Virus record (IMG/VR): IMGVR_UViG_3300044830_000034
Span: 1-57,149 of that record
From: a virus
Lineage: Duplodnaviria > Caudoviricetes
Length of the DNA: 57,149 bases
Strand: one strand, 5' to 3'
Positions 18,813 through 28,204 of this stretch are shown here, piece by piece (positions within the stretch are counted from its first letter, which is position 1; every line of letters begins with the position of its first letter). Below the pieces are notes generated by a model, which had not been told where the DNA came from, did not search any database, and worked only from the letters and a program-made list of their open reading frames with translations. Position numbers and translations under genes: made by a program.

Positions 18813-20198
18813 GTGGCCCTCGATCTCACCCCGGAGGCGTGGCTGAAGCGGCTGATCCACTGTCACGACAAGGATCTGCCGGACCTGCGGCTGATGGACT
18901 CGTACTACGAGGGCACGCAGCCCTTGTCGTATCTGGCGCCGGAGATCCAGTCGGAGCTGAACGACCGGATGCGGCAGCTGGTGATCAACTGGCCTCAGCT
19001 GATCGTGGACGCGCTGGATGAGCGGCTGGACGTCGAGGGTTTCCGGTACGCGGACAGCGAGGGCACCGAGACCGATCTGTGGGACATCTGGCAGGCGAAT
19101 GACCTGGATGAGGGCTCCCAGCAGGCCCACGTCGACGCCTTGGCGCTGCGCCGCTCCTACGTCATCGTGGGCGCGAACGATGGCGATGAGTCGATGCCGA
19201 TCGTGACCGCCGAGAGTGCCCTGGAAGTCTTCGCCGAGCGGGACCCGCGGACCCGCCAGGTGATGGCGGGCATCAAGCGCTGGGACGAGCCCGCGGCTAC
19301 CGGTTCGGCGCCGACGAAGATGGCGACGCTGTACCTGCCGGACATGCGATGCACCTTCGAGCAGGTCAAGGGCGCGTGGTCCGAGGTCGACCGGGACGAG
19401 CACGGCGTCGGCCAGGTGCTGGTGGTGCCGCTGGCGAACCGGCCCCGGCTGCGGCATGCCGAGGGGACGTCGGAGCTTCGCGCGGTGATTCCGGTCAGTG
19501 ATGCGGCGTGCAAGATCGCCTCAGACATGATGGTGTCCGCCGAATACCACGCCATGCCGCGCCGCTGGGCGACGGGCCTGTCGCGGGATGACTTCGCGGA
19601 TGAGAACGGGCAGCCGCTGAGTGCCATGTCGTCGCTGGCGGGGCGCTTGTGGGCGAATGAGAGCGAGACGGTGAAGTTCGGGCAGTTCCCCGAGGCCCAG
19701 CTCTCCAACTTCCACGAGACGATCAACGTGTTGGCCCGGCTGGTTGCAGCCCTGACGGGCCTGCCACCCGCGTTCCTCGGCCTGGCGACCGACCAGCCGC
19801 CGTCTGCGGATGCGATCCGCGCTGGCGAGGCACGTCTGGTGAAGCGCGCGGAACGCCGTCAGCGCGCGTTCGGTGAGGCATGGGAACGCGTCATGCGGTT
19901 GACGATGCTCGTGCGCGACGGAGACCTGGACCCGCGGACCCGGAAGCTGGAGACCATCTGGCGTGACCCGTCGACTCCGACCTACGCGCAGAAGGCCGAC
20001 GCGGTGACGAAGCTGCACTCGGCCGGCCTGCTGCCGGATGAGGCGGCATGGGAAGAGCTCGGCTACTCGGCGGTGAAGATCGCCCGGCTGAAGAAGATGC
20101 AGGACGAATCGCTGACTCGCATGACGGCGATGGATCTGCACCAGCTGAGCACGGCACCGCCGGAGCCTGTCCCGCCTGCCGCAGTTCCTGCCGCCTGA
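18813..20198 (+). CDS. portal protein (SPP1 gp6-like)
   Basis: YYEGTQ, NWPQLIVD..ERL, PSADAI..E.RLV, WRDP motifs; follows terL. Confidence 0.93.
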   Translation: MALDLTPEAWLKRLIHCHDKDLPDLRLMDSYYEGTQPLSYLAPEIQSELNDRMRQLVINWPQLIVDALDERLDVEGFRYADSEGTETDLWDIWQANDLDEGSQQAHVDALALRRSYVIVGANDGDESMPIVTAESALEVFAERDPRTRQVMAGIKRWDEPAATGSAPTKMATLYLPDMRCTFEQVKGAWSEVDRDEHGVGQVLVVPLANRPRLRHAEGTSELRAVIPVSDAACKIASDMMVSAEYHAMPRRWATGLSRDDFADENGQPLSAMSSLAGRLWANESETVKFGQFPEAQLSNFHETINVLARLVAALTGLPPAFLGLATDQPPSADAIRAGEARLVKRAERRQRAFGEAWERVMRLTMLVRDGDLDPRTRKLETIWRDPSTPTYAQKADAVTKLHSAGLLPDEAAWEELGYSAVKIARLKKMQDESLTRMTAMDLHQLSTAPPEPVPPAAVPAA

Positions 20199-20199
20199 C

Positions 20200-21231
20200 G
20201 TGGCCGTCCAGGCGCAGGAGGCCATCGTCGGCGCCTACGGCGTGGCCCAGCGGCGGGCGGAGTTGCAGACGTCGATCACGATCGCCCGGCTGTGGAAGCA
20301 GCTGGCGGCCTCGGACCTGTCGGGTTCGTGGATGAGCGGCGTGGGTCCGGCGGTCGTGCGGGCGGTGTCCGCCGGGCAGTTGCTGGCGGCCTCGACGGGG
20401 CAGTCCTACGTGGAGGCGATGGTCGCAGCCGACGGCCTGCGCTCGGACTACGAGGCGGGCGCCTCCAGTGTGGCCGCGCGGGCCTTTTCGGGGGTCGCGG
20501 CGGATGGGCGCCCGCTGGATTCGCTGCTGTATCTGCCGGTGATCCGCACGAAGACTCTGGTCAAGGGCGGCCTGACGCTTCAGGAGGCCATGCTCGGCGG
20601 TCTGGTGGACATGCAGCGGATGGTGGCCTCCGAGGTGGCCGACGCTGGCCGGGGTTCGGCGAGTGTGGCGATGGCGGCGAACCGCACGGTCACCGGGTTC
20701 GTGCGGGTGGTCCGGGCGGGCGCCTGCGCGCGGTGCGTGATCCTCGCGGGCCGCTGGTACCGGTACAACGCCGACTTTCAGAGGCATAAGCGCTGCCAGT
20801 GCTACGGAGAGCCCGCCACCGAAGCGCGTCCGGGCCGGCACACCAACCCGATGGGGTTTTTCAACGGCCTCTCGCGCTCCGAGCAGGACCGGCGGTTCAC
20901 GGCCGCAGGTGCGCAGGCGGTCCGGGACGGCGCGAGCATCTTCTCCGTCGTCAACGCCCGCCGCGGTATCACGACGCTGGACGCCTACGGCCGCCGGGTC
21001 GTGGCGACGCTGGAAGGCGTCACGCGGCGCGGCGACTTCTACCAGACGATCCGCCGCGAGGAAGAGCAGCGGCTCGGCATCCGGTACGCCCGCGGCGCGG
21101 CAGACCTGGAACAGGGTTTGCCGACGTTCCGCCTCAAGACTCCCCGCCTCATGCCAGAGGAGATCTACAAGCTGGCCGAGAGCCGGGATGAGCTGATCCG
21201 CCTACTCAGGCGCTTCGGCTACCTGCACTGA
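20200..21231 (+). CDS. minor capsid/MuF-like head morphogenesis protein
   Basis: CARCVILAGR...RHKRCQC metal-binding motif; lies between portal and scaffold. Confidence 0.75.
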   Translation: MAVQAQEAIVGAYGVAQRRAELQTSITIARLWKQLAASDLSGSWMSGVGPAVVRAVSAGQLLAASTGQSYVEAMVAADGLRSDYEAGASSVAARAFSGVAADGRPLDSLLYLPVIRTKTLVKGGLTLQEAMLGGLVDMQRMVASEVADAGRGSASVAMAANRTVTGFVRVVRAGACARCVILAGRWYRYNADFQRHKRCQCYGEPATEARPGRHTNPMGFFNGLSRSEQDRRFTAAGAQAVRDGASIFSVVNARRGITTLDAYGRRVVATLEGVTRRGDFYQTIRREEEQRLGIRYARGAADLEQGLPTFRLKTPRLMPEEIYKLAESRDELIRLLRRFGYLH

Positions 21232-21280
21232 CCGCGCGCAACGCGCGGTTCACCCCTATCCCGCAACGGGAGATTCACGC

Positions 21281-22039
21281 ATGTCCATCACCAAGAAGCG
21301 CTGGCGCAAGGCGACCGCCGCAGCGGCATGGTTCAGCCTGAACCGGCACGACGACCCCATCGACCCGGCTGCCGATCCGGAGCCGATCGAAGACCCCACC
21401 GACCCGGCCGATCCGGCAGACCCCGCGGATCCTCCCGAGCCGGATGACGACCCGGATCCCGATCAGCTCGGCGAGGCCGGCAAGAAGGCCCTCGACCGCA
21501 TGAAGGCCGAGCGTGCCGCTGCGAAGAAGGAAGCCGCAGCGGCGAAGAAGACGGCAGCCGAGGAGCGTCGGAAGTCCGCCGACCTGGCCCGCAAGGTGGC
21601 CGAGTTCGAGGACAAGGACAAGACGGAGCTCGACCGGGCGACGGCTCAGGCCAAGCGGTCTGCCGAGCAGGCCGCGAAGGCCGTAGCCCGCGCGGTCTCG
21701 GCTGAGGTCAAGGCCGGCGCGCAGGGCAAGTTCGCCGATCCGACGGATGCGACGGACGCGCTCATGCGCGACCCGGCGAAGTACGTGGACGCCGACGGCG
21801 ACATCGACACCGACGCGATCGAGGCCGACCTGGCGGACCTGCTGGAGCGCAAGCCCCACTGGGCCAAGCCCGAGCCGGCCGCACCCGCCGCAGAACCCGA
21901 CCCGAAGAAGCCCAAGCCGAAGCCCGACCCGGGCCAGGGCAGCCGGGGCGCCCCCGCGCCGGCCGACTTCCGTACCGCCTCGAAGGACGAACTCGCGGCT
22001 GAGCTCGCGAAGTTCAACTACCGGCAGCGCGCGCAGTGA
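21281..22039 (+). CDS. capsid scaffolding protein
   Basis: DP-repeat N-terminus, LGEAGKKAL, coiled coil, PDPGQG C-terminus. Confidence 0.85.
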   Translation: MSITKKRWRKATAAAAWFSLNRHDDPIDPAADPEPIEDPTDPADPADPADPPEPDDDPDPDQLGEAGKKALDRMKAERAAAKKEAAAAKKTAAEERRKSADLARKVAEFEDKDKTELDRATAQAKRSAEQAAKAVARAVSAEVKAGAQGKFADPTDATDALMRDPAKYVDADGDIDTDAIEADLADLLERKPHWAKPEPAAPAAEPDPKKPKPKPDPGQGSRGAPAPADFRTASKDELAAELAKFNYRQRAQ

Positions 22040-22227
22040 TCGAAGTCCGTGCCCGATTGGGCGACGGACGCACCTTTCTTGAGGTGGTCGGTCACGAGGA
22101 GCACGCCGCCGGGGGTCTCGCCTGCGCTGCCGTGTCGGCCATTACCCAAACCGCGCTGCTGGGCCTGGAGCAGGTCGCGCAGCAATACCCGGACCTCGTG
22201 TCCGTAGAGATCACCACTGAGGAGTGA
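22036..22227 (+). CDS. prp: phage-encoded Prp-family cysteine protease (YsxB/DUF464-like), minimal 63 aa
   Basis: MIEV...VVGH(20)...AC(30)AAVSAITQT and C-terminal LEQVAQQYPDLV, hallmarks of Prp. Confidence 0.8.
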   Translation: MIEVRARLGDGRTFLEVVGHEEHAAGGLACAAVSAITQTALLGLEQVAQQYPDLVSVEITTEE

Positions 22228-22228
22228 G

Positions 22229-23569
22229 ATGACCCCCACCATGACCGCGGCGACCCCGCGGCTGATCCTGAGCCAGCGCCTCGCGCGGCCGTGGTTCCGC
22301 CTGGACCGGCACGACGTGCGCAGCCAGGTCCCGGCCACGATCCGGGCGATGTTGCAGAACGGCATCCTGGACCGCGTCTTCCGGGACGCACTGGTGCCCG
22401 AGTTCCTGTTCCCGATGATCGCGGACGCGGAGCCGTGGCAGGGCGGCCTGGGTGACACCAAGACGTTCACCCGTAAGGGCCTGCTCACTCCGGTCCCCAC
22501 CGCGATCACCGGCTCGGACCCGTCCCCGACGACCTACTCCATCGAGCAGTGGTCCGTGACGATGGACCAGTTCGGCAACTCGATGGACACGAACATGCTG
22601 ATGAGCGCCATGGCGCTCGCCAACAAGTTCCTGGCGGACGCCGAGACTCTCGGCATCAACGCCGGGCAGACCATCAACCAGCTCGCCCGCAACAAGCTGT
22701 TCGCGGCCTACGCGGGCGGCCGGAGCTGGTGCACCACGGCGGGGTCCTCGGACACGAGTCTCATCGTGCAGTCGACGAACGGCTTCGAGAAGGTTCTCGT
22801 CAACGGGGTCCCCACGCCCGTCTCCGGCGCGAACCCGCTGACCGTCGTCATCGCGGGCGTAGCGAACACCGTCGTGGGTGTGGCTGCGGGCACGCCCGGC
22901 ACGCTGACTCTGGGCACCGCCCGCGTGGACGTGGCGGGCGACTACATCGTGGCCGCAAACGCTCCGACCACGATCCGCGCGACCGGCAACAGCGCCTTCG
23001 ACCTGTCCAGCAGCAACGTCGCGACCTTCGCGAACTTCCGCAGCGGCGTCGCCCGTCTGCGCAAGATGAACGTCCCGACGATCGGCGGCTACTACGTCGC
23101 CCACATCGACGCGGACACCGAGGCCGAGCTGTTCAGCGACGCCGACTTCAAGCAGGCCCTGCAGGGCCGCGTGGACTCCCCGATCTTCCGGGACCTGTCC
23201 ATCGGCCGCTTCGGCGGCCTCGACTGGGTGCGCAACATCGAGGCCCCGGTCATCACCAACGGCGGATCCGCCGGCACGCTGACCGTCCACCGGCCGGTCA
23301 TCCTCGGGGCGAACGCCCTGATGTCGGCGCCGTTCGACAGCACCAACAGCCTCCTCGGCGGCACGGGTGTCGAGGACGTCCCGGAGGTCCGCACCATCAT
23401 GGCCGCACCGGGTGTCGACGTCACCGTCATCGTCCGGCCGCCTCAGGACCGCCTGCAGCAGGTGCTCGCCACCACGTGGAGCTGGGTCGGCGACTACGGG
23501 GTTCCCTCCGACGCGGGTTCGGGCGACGCGGCGCTGTACAAGCGCGCGGTCGTCATCGAGCACGCCTGA
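22229..23569 (+). CDS. major capsid protein
   Basis: position after scaffold, 446 aa with strong codon bias, hairpin downstream. Confidence 0.85.
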   Translation: MTPTMTAATPRLILSQRLARPWFRLDRHDVRSQVPATIRAMLQNGILDRVFRDALVPEFLFPMIADAEPWQGGLGDTKTFTRKGLLTPVPTAITGSDPSPTTYSIEQWSVTMDQFGNSMDTNMLMSAMALANKFLADAETLGINAGQTINQLARNKLFAAYAGGRSWCTTAGSSDTSLIVQSTNGFEKVLVNGVPTPVSGANPLTVVIAGVANTVVGVAAGTPGTLTLGTARVDVAGDYIVAANAPTTIRATGNSAFDLSSSNVATFANFRSGVARLRKMNVPTIGGYYVAHIDADTEAELFSDADFKQALQGRVDSPIFRDLSIGRFGGLDWVRNIEAPVITNGGSAGTLTVHRPVILGANALMSAPFDSTNSLLGGTGVEDVPEVRTIMAAPGVDVTVIVRPPQDRLQQVLATTWSWVGDYGVPSDAGSGDAALYKRAVVIEHA

Positions 23570-23577
23570 CAACTCCC

Positions 23578-23614
23578 GTCGGCGCGGGCCTACCTGTCCG
23601 TCCGCGCCGGCGGG
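23578..23614 (+). terminator. stem-loop after the capsid gene
   Basis: CGTCGGCGCGG...CCGCGCCGGCG inverted repeat. Confidence 0.45.
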
Positions 23615-23635
23615 CCCTGAAGGAGGAGATACGGC

Positions 23636-23995
23636 ATGCGCGTGCGCGTGTTGCAGGAAACCAAGGCGTACTGGGAGTACGCCGTCCGCGAGTTCAAGAA
23701 GGGCGAGGAGCTGCTGGGCGATCTGGCCCGGCACCTCGCCGCGAACACGCCGGAGGGCACCGTCGAGGTCATCGAGGCCGATCCGGTACCCGAGGTCGAA
23801 CCGGTCGAACCCCCGCCGCCCCCAGATGACCCGGGACCCGGCGGTGACGTGCCGCCGGTCGACGGCACCATCGACGACCTCATGACGTGGGTGAACGGCG
23901 ACACCGCCCGGGCCAAGGCGGCGCTGGCGGCAGAGCAGGCGAAGGACAAGCCGAGGTCCACCGTCGTCAAGCGGCTGGCGGCCCTGGCCGAGTAA
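23636..23995 (+). CDS. phage head-associated hypothetical protein
   Basis: GTIDDLMTWV...AEQAKDKPRSTVV domain typical after actinophage capsid genes. Confidence 0.7.
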   Translation: MRVRVLQETKAYWEYAVREFKKGEELLGDLARHLAANTPEGTVEVIEADPVPEVEPVEPPPPPDDPGPGGDVPPVDGTIDDLMTWVNGDTARAKAALAAEQAKDKPRSTVVKRLAALAE

Positions 23996-24005
23996 GGGGG
24001 TCGCC

Positions 24006-24635
24006 ATGTCCCCGACCCCTCTGGCGACCCAGGCAGATCTTGAGGCGTCGCTTCAGCGGACGCTGGATACGACGCAGGCGGCGATGGCTCTGCGGCGGGC
24101 ATCGGCCCGGGTGCGGAAGTACTGCCGCCAGCAGTTCACCCTCGTGGTGGACGACGCGGTCGTCCTGCCGGGTAACGGCCGGGTGTTGCGGCTGCCGCAA
24201 CGCCCCGTCGTGGTGGACGACACGCACCTGCTGACGGTCACAGAACTGTTCGGCATCACCAACGTCGAGTACGTGGCGATCGAGGGTCGCGACTTCACCC
24301 GGATCGGCTCCGAGTTGACGCGTGGCGAGGCGTGGTGGGCGCCGACGCGGCTGATGGGCTGGCCGTGGATGCGCCCGCAGGGCATCTGGTCCCAGCGGGT
24401 CCGCGTCATCTACTCCCACGGCTACACCGAGGTCCCGGACGATGTCGTGGACATCGTGCTGGATCTGGCGTCGATGAACATGACCAACCCGCAGGGCCTG
24501 CGCAGCGAGACGATCGACGATTACTCGCGGACGTTCGCCTCCGAGACCATCGGCGGCGCGCAGCTGTCCGCCGAGCACAAGGAAGCGCTCCGCCAGTACC
24601 GGGGCGCGTCCTTCAATGCGACTCCGGCGACGTGA
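24006..24635 (+). CDS. head-to-tail adaptor
   Basis: LATQADL, YSHGYTEVPDDV, NPQGLRSETIDDYS motifs. Confidence 0.8.
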   Translation: MSPTPLATQADLEASLQRTLDTTQAAMALRRASARVRKYCRQQFTLVVDDAVVLPGNGRVLRLPQRPVVVDDTHLLTVTELFGITNVEYVAIEGRDFTRIGSELTRGEAWWAPTRLMGWPWMRPQGIWSQRVRVIYSHGYTEVPDDVVDIVLDLASMNMTNPQGLRSETIDDYSRTFASETIGGAQLSAEHKEALRQYRGASFNATPAT

Positions 24636-25042
24636 TGACAGCCATCGATCCGCAGCCGCTCATCGCGGCGGGCCGGCTGGCGCACCAGCAGCTGATGGTG
24701 GACGCGTGCACGATCACCCGGCCCGGGAATCCGACGCTTAACCGGACCACCAGCGCACTGACCCCGGGGTCGGCCACCTCTTTGTACTCCGGGCCGTGCC
24801 GGGTGAAGCCGCAGCGGGTTCCGCGCAATGAGCATGCCGGTGAGCGGTTGGAGATTGTCGCCCGCTACGAACTGGCGCTGCCCTTCGCCGCGGTCCCGGC
24901 CAGTGAGCTACGGGTCGGCGACACGGTGACTATCACCGCCTCCGGTGATCCACGTCTGGTCGGTCAGGTCATGGCCGTGATGGCGATCGACTTCGGCAGC
25001 ACGGCGACCGCCTGGCGGATCACGATCGAGGACATCACCTGA
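24635..25042 (+). CDS. head-to-tail stopper (DUF6093-like)
   Basis: MVDACTITR...LYSGPCRV...DPRLVG..TAWRI. Confidence 0.75.
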   Translation: MTAIDPQPLIAAGRLAHQQLMVDACTITRPGNPTLNRTTSALTPGSATSLYSGPCRVKPQRVPRNEHAGERLEIVARYELALPFAAVPASELRVGDTVTITASGDPRLVGQVMAVMAIDFGSTATAWRITIEDIT

Positions 25043-25055
25043 CGGGGGGTGCCGG

Positions 25056-25454
25056 GTGGCCGCGCCCAATGCGCTGGACCATGTGGACGCGGTGACCGCG
25101 GCCCACGCAGCCGCCAGCTTGACGGTTTTTCTCGGTGGATCGCCGCCGAGCACCGCACCCCCGTACTGCGTGCTCTATCCAGAGCCCGGCATGCCCGTGC
25201 GGGCCTCGCTCGCTGATGACCGGGTCGACTACATGACCACGGTGCAGATCACCAGCGTCGGAGAGACGGCCGAGCAGGCCCTCAACTACGCCGACCGTTC
25301 GGCTGCGGCCATGTCACCCGCGCTGCAGGTCGCAGGCCGTACCGCGTGGCGGCCCGAGCACCTGGACGGGCAGCCGGTCCAGCGCGACGACGACGTCACC
25401 CCACCTGTTTTCTACGCCGTCGCCCGCTACCGGCTGCGGTCCACCCCGAGCTGA
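25056..25454 (+). CDS. tail terminator-like protein
   Basis: PPYCVLYP...VQITSVG...RDDDVTPPVFY. Confidence 0.7.
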   Translation: MAAPNALDHVDAVTAAHAAASLTVFLGGSPPSTAPPYCVLYPEPGMPVRASLADDRVDYMTTVQITSVGETAEQALNYADRSAAAMSPALQVAGRTAWRPEHLDGQPVQRDDDVTPPVFYAVARYRLRSTPS

Positions 25455-25467
25455 GGAGATTCACCCC

Positions 25468-25797
25468 ATGGCAACCCTGACGACTCAGGTCGTCGCCCTG
25501 GCCGGCCTGGCGCCGACCTATGGGGCGGCGGCGGGCAGCACGAAGGTCGTGTGCGGCGAGCGGACGTTCCTGCACGTCAAGAACGCGGCAGGCTCCAGCA
25601 TGACCGTCACCCTGTCGTCCACGGCGAAGGTCCGCGGCCAGGCCGCGGCGGACGTGATCGTCACAGTCCCGGCCACGACCGGCGACATGATGATCGGCCC
25701 CGTCACCAGCGATCTGTTCGCGGGCGCCACGGACGGCCTGGCCGTTGTCGCCTACTCCGCGACGACCAGCGTGACCGTCGCGGCCCTGCGCATCTGA
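25468..25797 (+). CDS. small beta-rich virion (decoration-like) protein
   Basis: FLHVKN...TVT, IGP motifs; RBS GAGGAG. Confidence 0.6.
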   Translation: MATLTTQVVALAGLAPTYGAAAGSTKVVCGERTFLHVKNAAGSSMTVTLSSTAKVRGQAAADVIVTVPATTGDMMIGPVTSDLFAGATDGLAVVAYSATTSVTVAALRI

Positions 25798-25819
25798 CCG
25801 TCGCCCTCTGACCCTGCCC

Positions 25820-25842
25820 GCCCCGCCTCGCCGGGGCTTTTT
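25820..25842 (+). terminator. intrinsic terminator
   Basis: GCCCCG-CCTCGC-CGGGGC-TTTTT. Confidence 0.5.
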
Positions 25843-25862
25843 CTATGCCCCGAGGAGGGCTG

Positions 25863-26342
25863 ATGTCTGACCTGATCACCGATGGCAACACGAAGGTCGT
25901 GTGGGTGCCGTCCATCGCGAACATCGCCGCGCCGACCACTTCCGAACTGAACGGCGGCAACGACTGGACAACCCGGCTCACTCCGGACGGCCTCAAGACG
26001 GACCCGACGACTGCGGACGTGGCGACGAGTTCGCTGGGCTCGACGTTCGACACGAACGTCCCCGGCCGCCGTTCCTACGTATGCGAGATCACGTTCAAGC
26101 GCGGCAGCACGCCGACGGAGGACCAGCCGTACACCACCCTCGTCTACGGGACGACCGGCTACCTCGTAATTCGCCGGGGCACGGCTTTCGCCACCGCGTT
26201 CGCAACGGGCGACAAGGTCGAGGTGTATCCGGTGGCTGCGGGCGAGCCGCAGAACATCGCGCCGGCGGCCAACGAGGTGCTGAAGGTCATGTCCTCGCTG
26301 AAGGTGACTTCGGACCCGGCGACTCGGGCCATCGTCGCCTGA
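25863..26342 (+). CDS. major tail (tube) protein
   Basis: DGNTKVVWVPSIANIAAPTTSELNGG, GYLVIRRG, GDKVEVYPV. Confidence 0.85.
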   Translation: MSDLITDGNTKVVWVPSIANIAAPTTSELNGGNDWTTRLTPDGLKTDPTTADVATSSLGSTFDTNVPGRRSYVCEITFKRGSTPTEDQPYTTLVYGTTGYLVIRRGTAFATAFATGDKVEVYPVAAGEPQNIAPAANEVLKVMSSLKVTSDPATRAIVA

Positions 26343-26821
26343 TGCCCGATATCGCCGATATCCTCGCCAGGGCCGTCCCCCGCGAGCGGACTGTTGCGGT
26401 GTGTCTCGCGGGGGACCTGGCGGGGGAGGCGGACCGGCTTCAAGGCGAGTTGGAGTCGTTCGCCGACGGCTGGCAGGCGGCGTCGATGGGTGATGTCGAC
26501 CCGCGGGCGGCGATCGTCCAGCGAATCCAGGCCGTGCGCGAGGAGATGCGCGCCAGGTCGGTCGAGTTCCAGTTCCGGGCGCTCGGCCATATCGCCTACA
26601 GCGGCCTGATCGCGGCGCACCCTGCGGTGGTCGAATCCGCCGAGCCGTATGACCCGGCGAGTTTCCTGCCTGCCTTGCTGGCGTCCTGCTGTATCGACCC
26701 GGTGATGACGGCGCAGCAGGCCGTGCAGCTGCTGGACATGCTGAACGACGGCCAGGCGAGGGAGTTGTTCGCGGCGGCCCTCGCGGTCAACGAGGAGCCG
26801 AGTCCGCTCCCTTTCTCGTAG
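26342..26821 (+). CDS. tail assembly chaperone (gpG-like)
   Basis: follows the tail tube gene; ends PFS* over a slippery heptamer. Confidence 0.8.
   Translation: MPDIADILARAVPRERTVAVCLAGDLAGEADRLQGELESFADGWQAASMGDVDPRAAIVQRIQAVREEMRARSVEFQFRALGHIAYSGLIAAHPAVVESAEPYDPASFLPALLASCCIDPVMTAQQAVQLLDMLNDGQARELFAAALAVNEEPSPLPFS
26809..26815 (+). other. -1 programmed ribosomal frameshift site
   Basis: C CCT TTC (X XXY YYZ) in frame; the -1 frame stays open to 27171. Confidence 0.7.
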
Positions 26822-27171
26822 AGCGGCTGCGGGACGGCCGCCTTCCGTTCCGCCGCGAGGTGGAGACCGCCCGCGCCTGGAGTGTCCCGCGGTCCATTTT
26901 CCTGGGCCGGGTGGTCGGCGCCGGCGAGCCGCTGTGGCTGCCGGAGGACCGCTGGTGGGCGCTGGCGCTCGCCGAGGTGGAGGCGGGCACCTGCCGGGAC
27001 TGCGGTCATGCGCTGGCCGAGACGACCAGTGCGGGCAGCGAGGACGCCTACGACGCGGAAGTCACCAAGTGCCATGGGTGCGTGGGAGCGGCGAAACGTG
27101 TCGCTGCGTTCATGGCCGACGGCGGCAAATCCGAGGGACTGCAAGTCCGTGTGACGAGGAGGCGGCCGTGA
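26812..27171 (+). CDS. tail assembly chaperone frameshift extension (gpT-like)
   Basis: -1 frame FLVERLRDG...WLPEDRWWALAL...CRDCG...CHGC. Confidence 0.7.
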   Translation, partial: FLVERLRDGRLPFRREVETARAWSVPRSIFLGRVVGAGEPLWLPEDRWWALALAEVEAGTCRDCGHALAETTSAGSEDAYDAEVTKCHGCVGAAKRVAAFMADGGKSEGLQVRVTRRRP

Positions 27172-27542
27172 CGGTACAGGTGACGGGACTGGACACGCTG
27201 GTGGGGGACTTCACCACCTCACCGGAGCGCCTGGCGGTCAATCTCCGCAAGGCCGTGCAGGTGACTTGCGGGAAGGTCAAGGCCGACGCGCGCCAGCGGA
27301 TCTCCGGCCGCAAGTACCTGCCCCGCTACCCGTACTCGATCACCTACGACACCAGGGTCCTTCCCGATGGCATCGAGGGCGAGGTGGGCCCGGACAAGGC
27401 TCTCCCGCAGGGCCCGCTGGGCAACATCGTCGAGTACGGGACCAGCAAGAACGCGCCGATCCCGCATCTCGGCCCGGCGCTGGATGCCAACGCCGACGAC
27501 CTGGTGGCCGGAGTCGAGATCGCCATCCGGCAGGCGCTGTGA
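27168..27542 (+). CDS. HK97 gp10-like tail/neck protein
   Basis: VTGLDTL, EVGP, EYGTSKNAPIPHLGPA. Confidence 0.8.
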   Translation: MTVQVTGLDTLVGDFTTSPERLAVNLRKAVQVTCGKVKADARQRISGRKYLPRYPYSITYDTRVLPDGIEGEVGPDKALPQGPLGNIVEYGTSKNAPIPHLGPALDANADDLVAGVEIAIRQAL

Positions 27543-27575
27543 CAGACCACTGAACCGACAGGACAGGGATCCACC

Positions 27576-28172
27576 ATGGCCACCACCCGCACACCCGCAC
27601 GGGCCCGCAAGCAGCAGTCACCGCTGACGTTCGCCGACCTCGTGTCCCGGATCCGGCGCCCGCAGCGGATCACGGAGCTGATCCTCGACGCGGAGGCCGC
27701 CGCGCAGGTCGATGCGCTTACCGCGCTCCTGGACCGGGCCCGCGCCCGTGACGAGGCCCTCGGCGGCGAGCCGATCGCGCCGGAGGTGGCCAGGCAGCTG
27801 CAGGAGGCCGAGGTCCGCGCGGACGCCTCGCGCGTGCAGATCACCATGGAGGCGATCCCGCACACCGAGTACAAGAACCTCCTGGCCAAGCACCCGCCGA
27901 CCGCTGAGCAGCTCGCCGAGTTCGGCAGGGCGGGCAGCGATGTCGAGCGGTGGCCGTTCGATCCGGACGCGTTCGCCCCCGTGCTGGTGCGCGCGCAGAT
28001 GATCGACCCCGAACCGCCGCCGGTGGAGGAGTTCGCCGCGTTCTGGAACGCGCTGAGCGACGGTCAGTTGCGAAACCTGTGGCTCACCGCGATCGGCGTG
28101 CAGATGCAGGTCACCACCCTCGCACCCCGCTCCGAGACCGCTGCGGATCTCCTCCGCACCGCCGGCGCCTGA
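27576..28172 (+). CDS. second tail assembly chaperone paralogue
   Basis: aligns by eye with 26342-26821 (Y..L.A.HP; DP..F.P.L....IDP; L.DGQ...L...A..V). Confidence 0.65.
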   Translation: MATTRTPARARKQQSPLTFADLVSRIRRPQRITELILDAEAAAQVDALTALLDRARARDEALGGEPIAPEVARQLQEAEVRADASRVQITMEAIPHTEYKNLLAKHPPTAEQLAEFGRAGSDVERWPFDPDAFAPVLVRAQMIDPEPPPVEEFAAFWNALSDGQLRNLWLTAIGVQMQVTTLAPRSETAADLLRTAGA

Positions 28173-28204
28173 TCGCGCACTCCAGCCGAACAACTGAATA
28201 GGGG

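Noticed and set aside
21353-21462. Tandem DNA repeat
   Set aside because: It simply encodes the DPA/DPE low-complexity linker of the scaffold protein.
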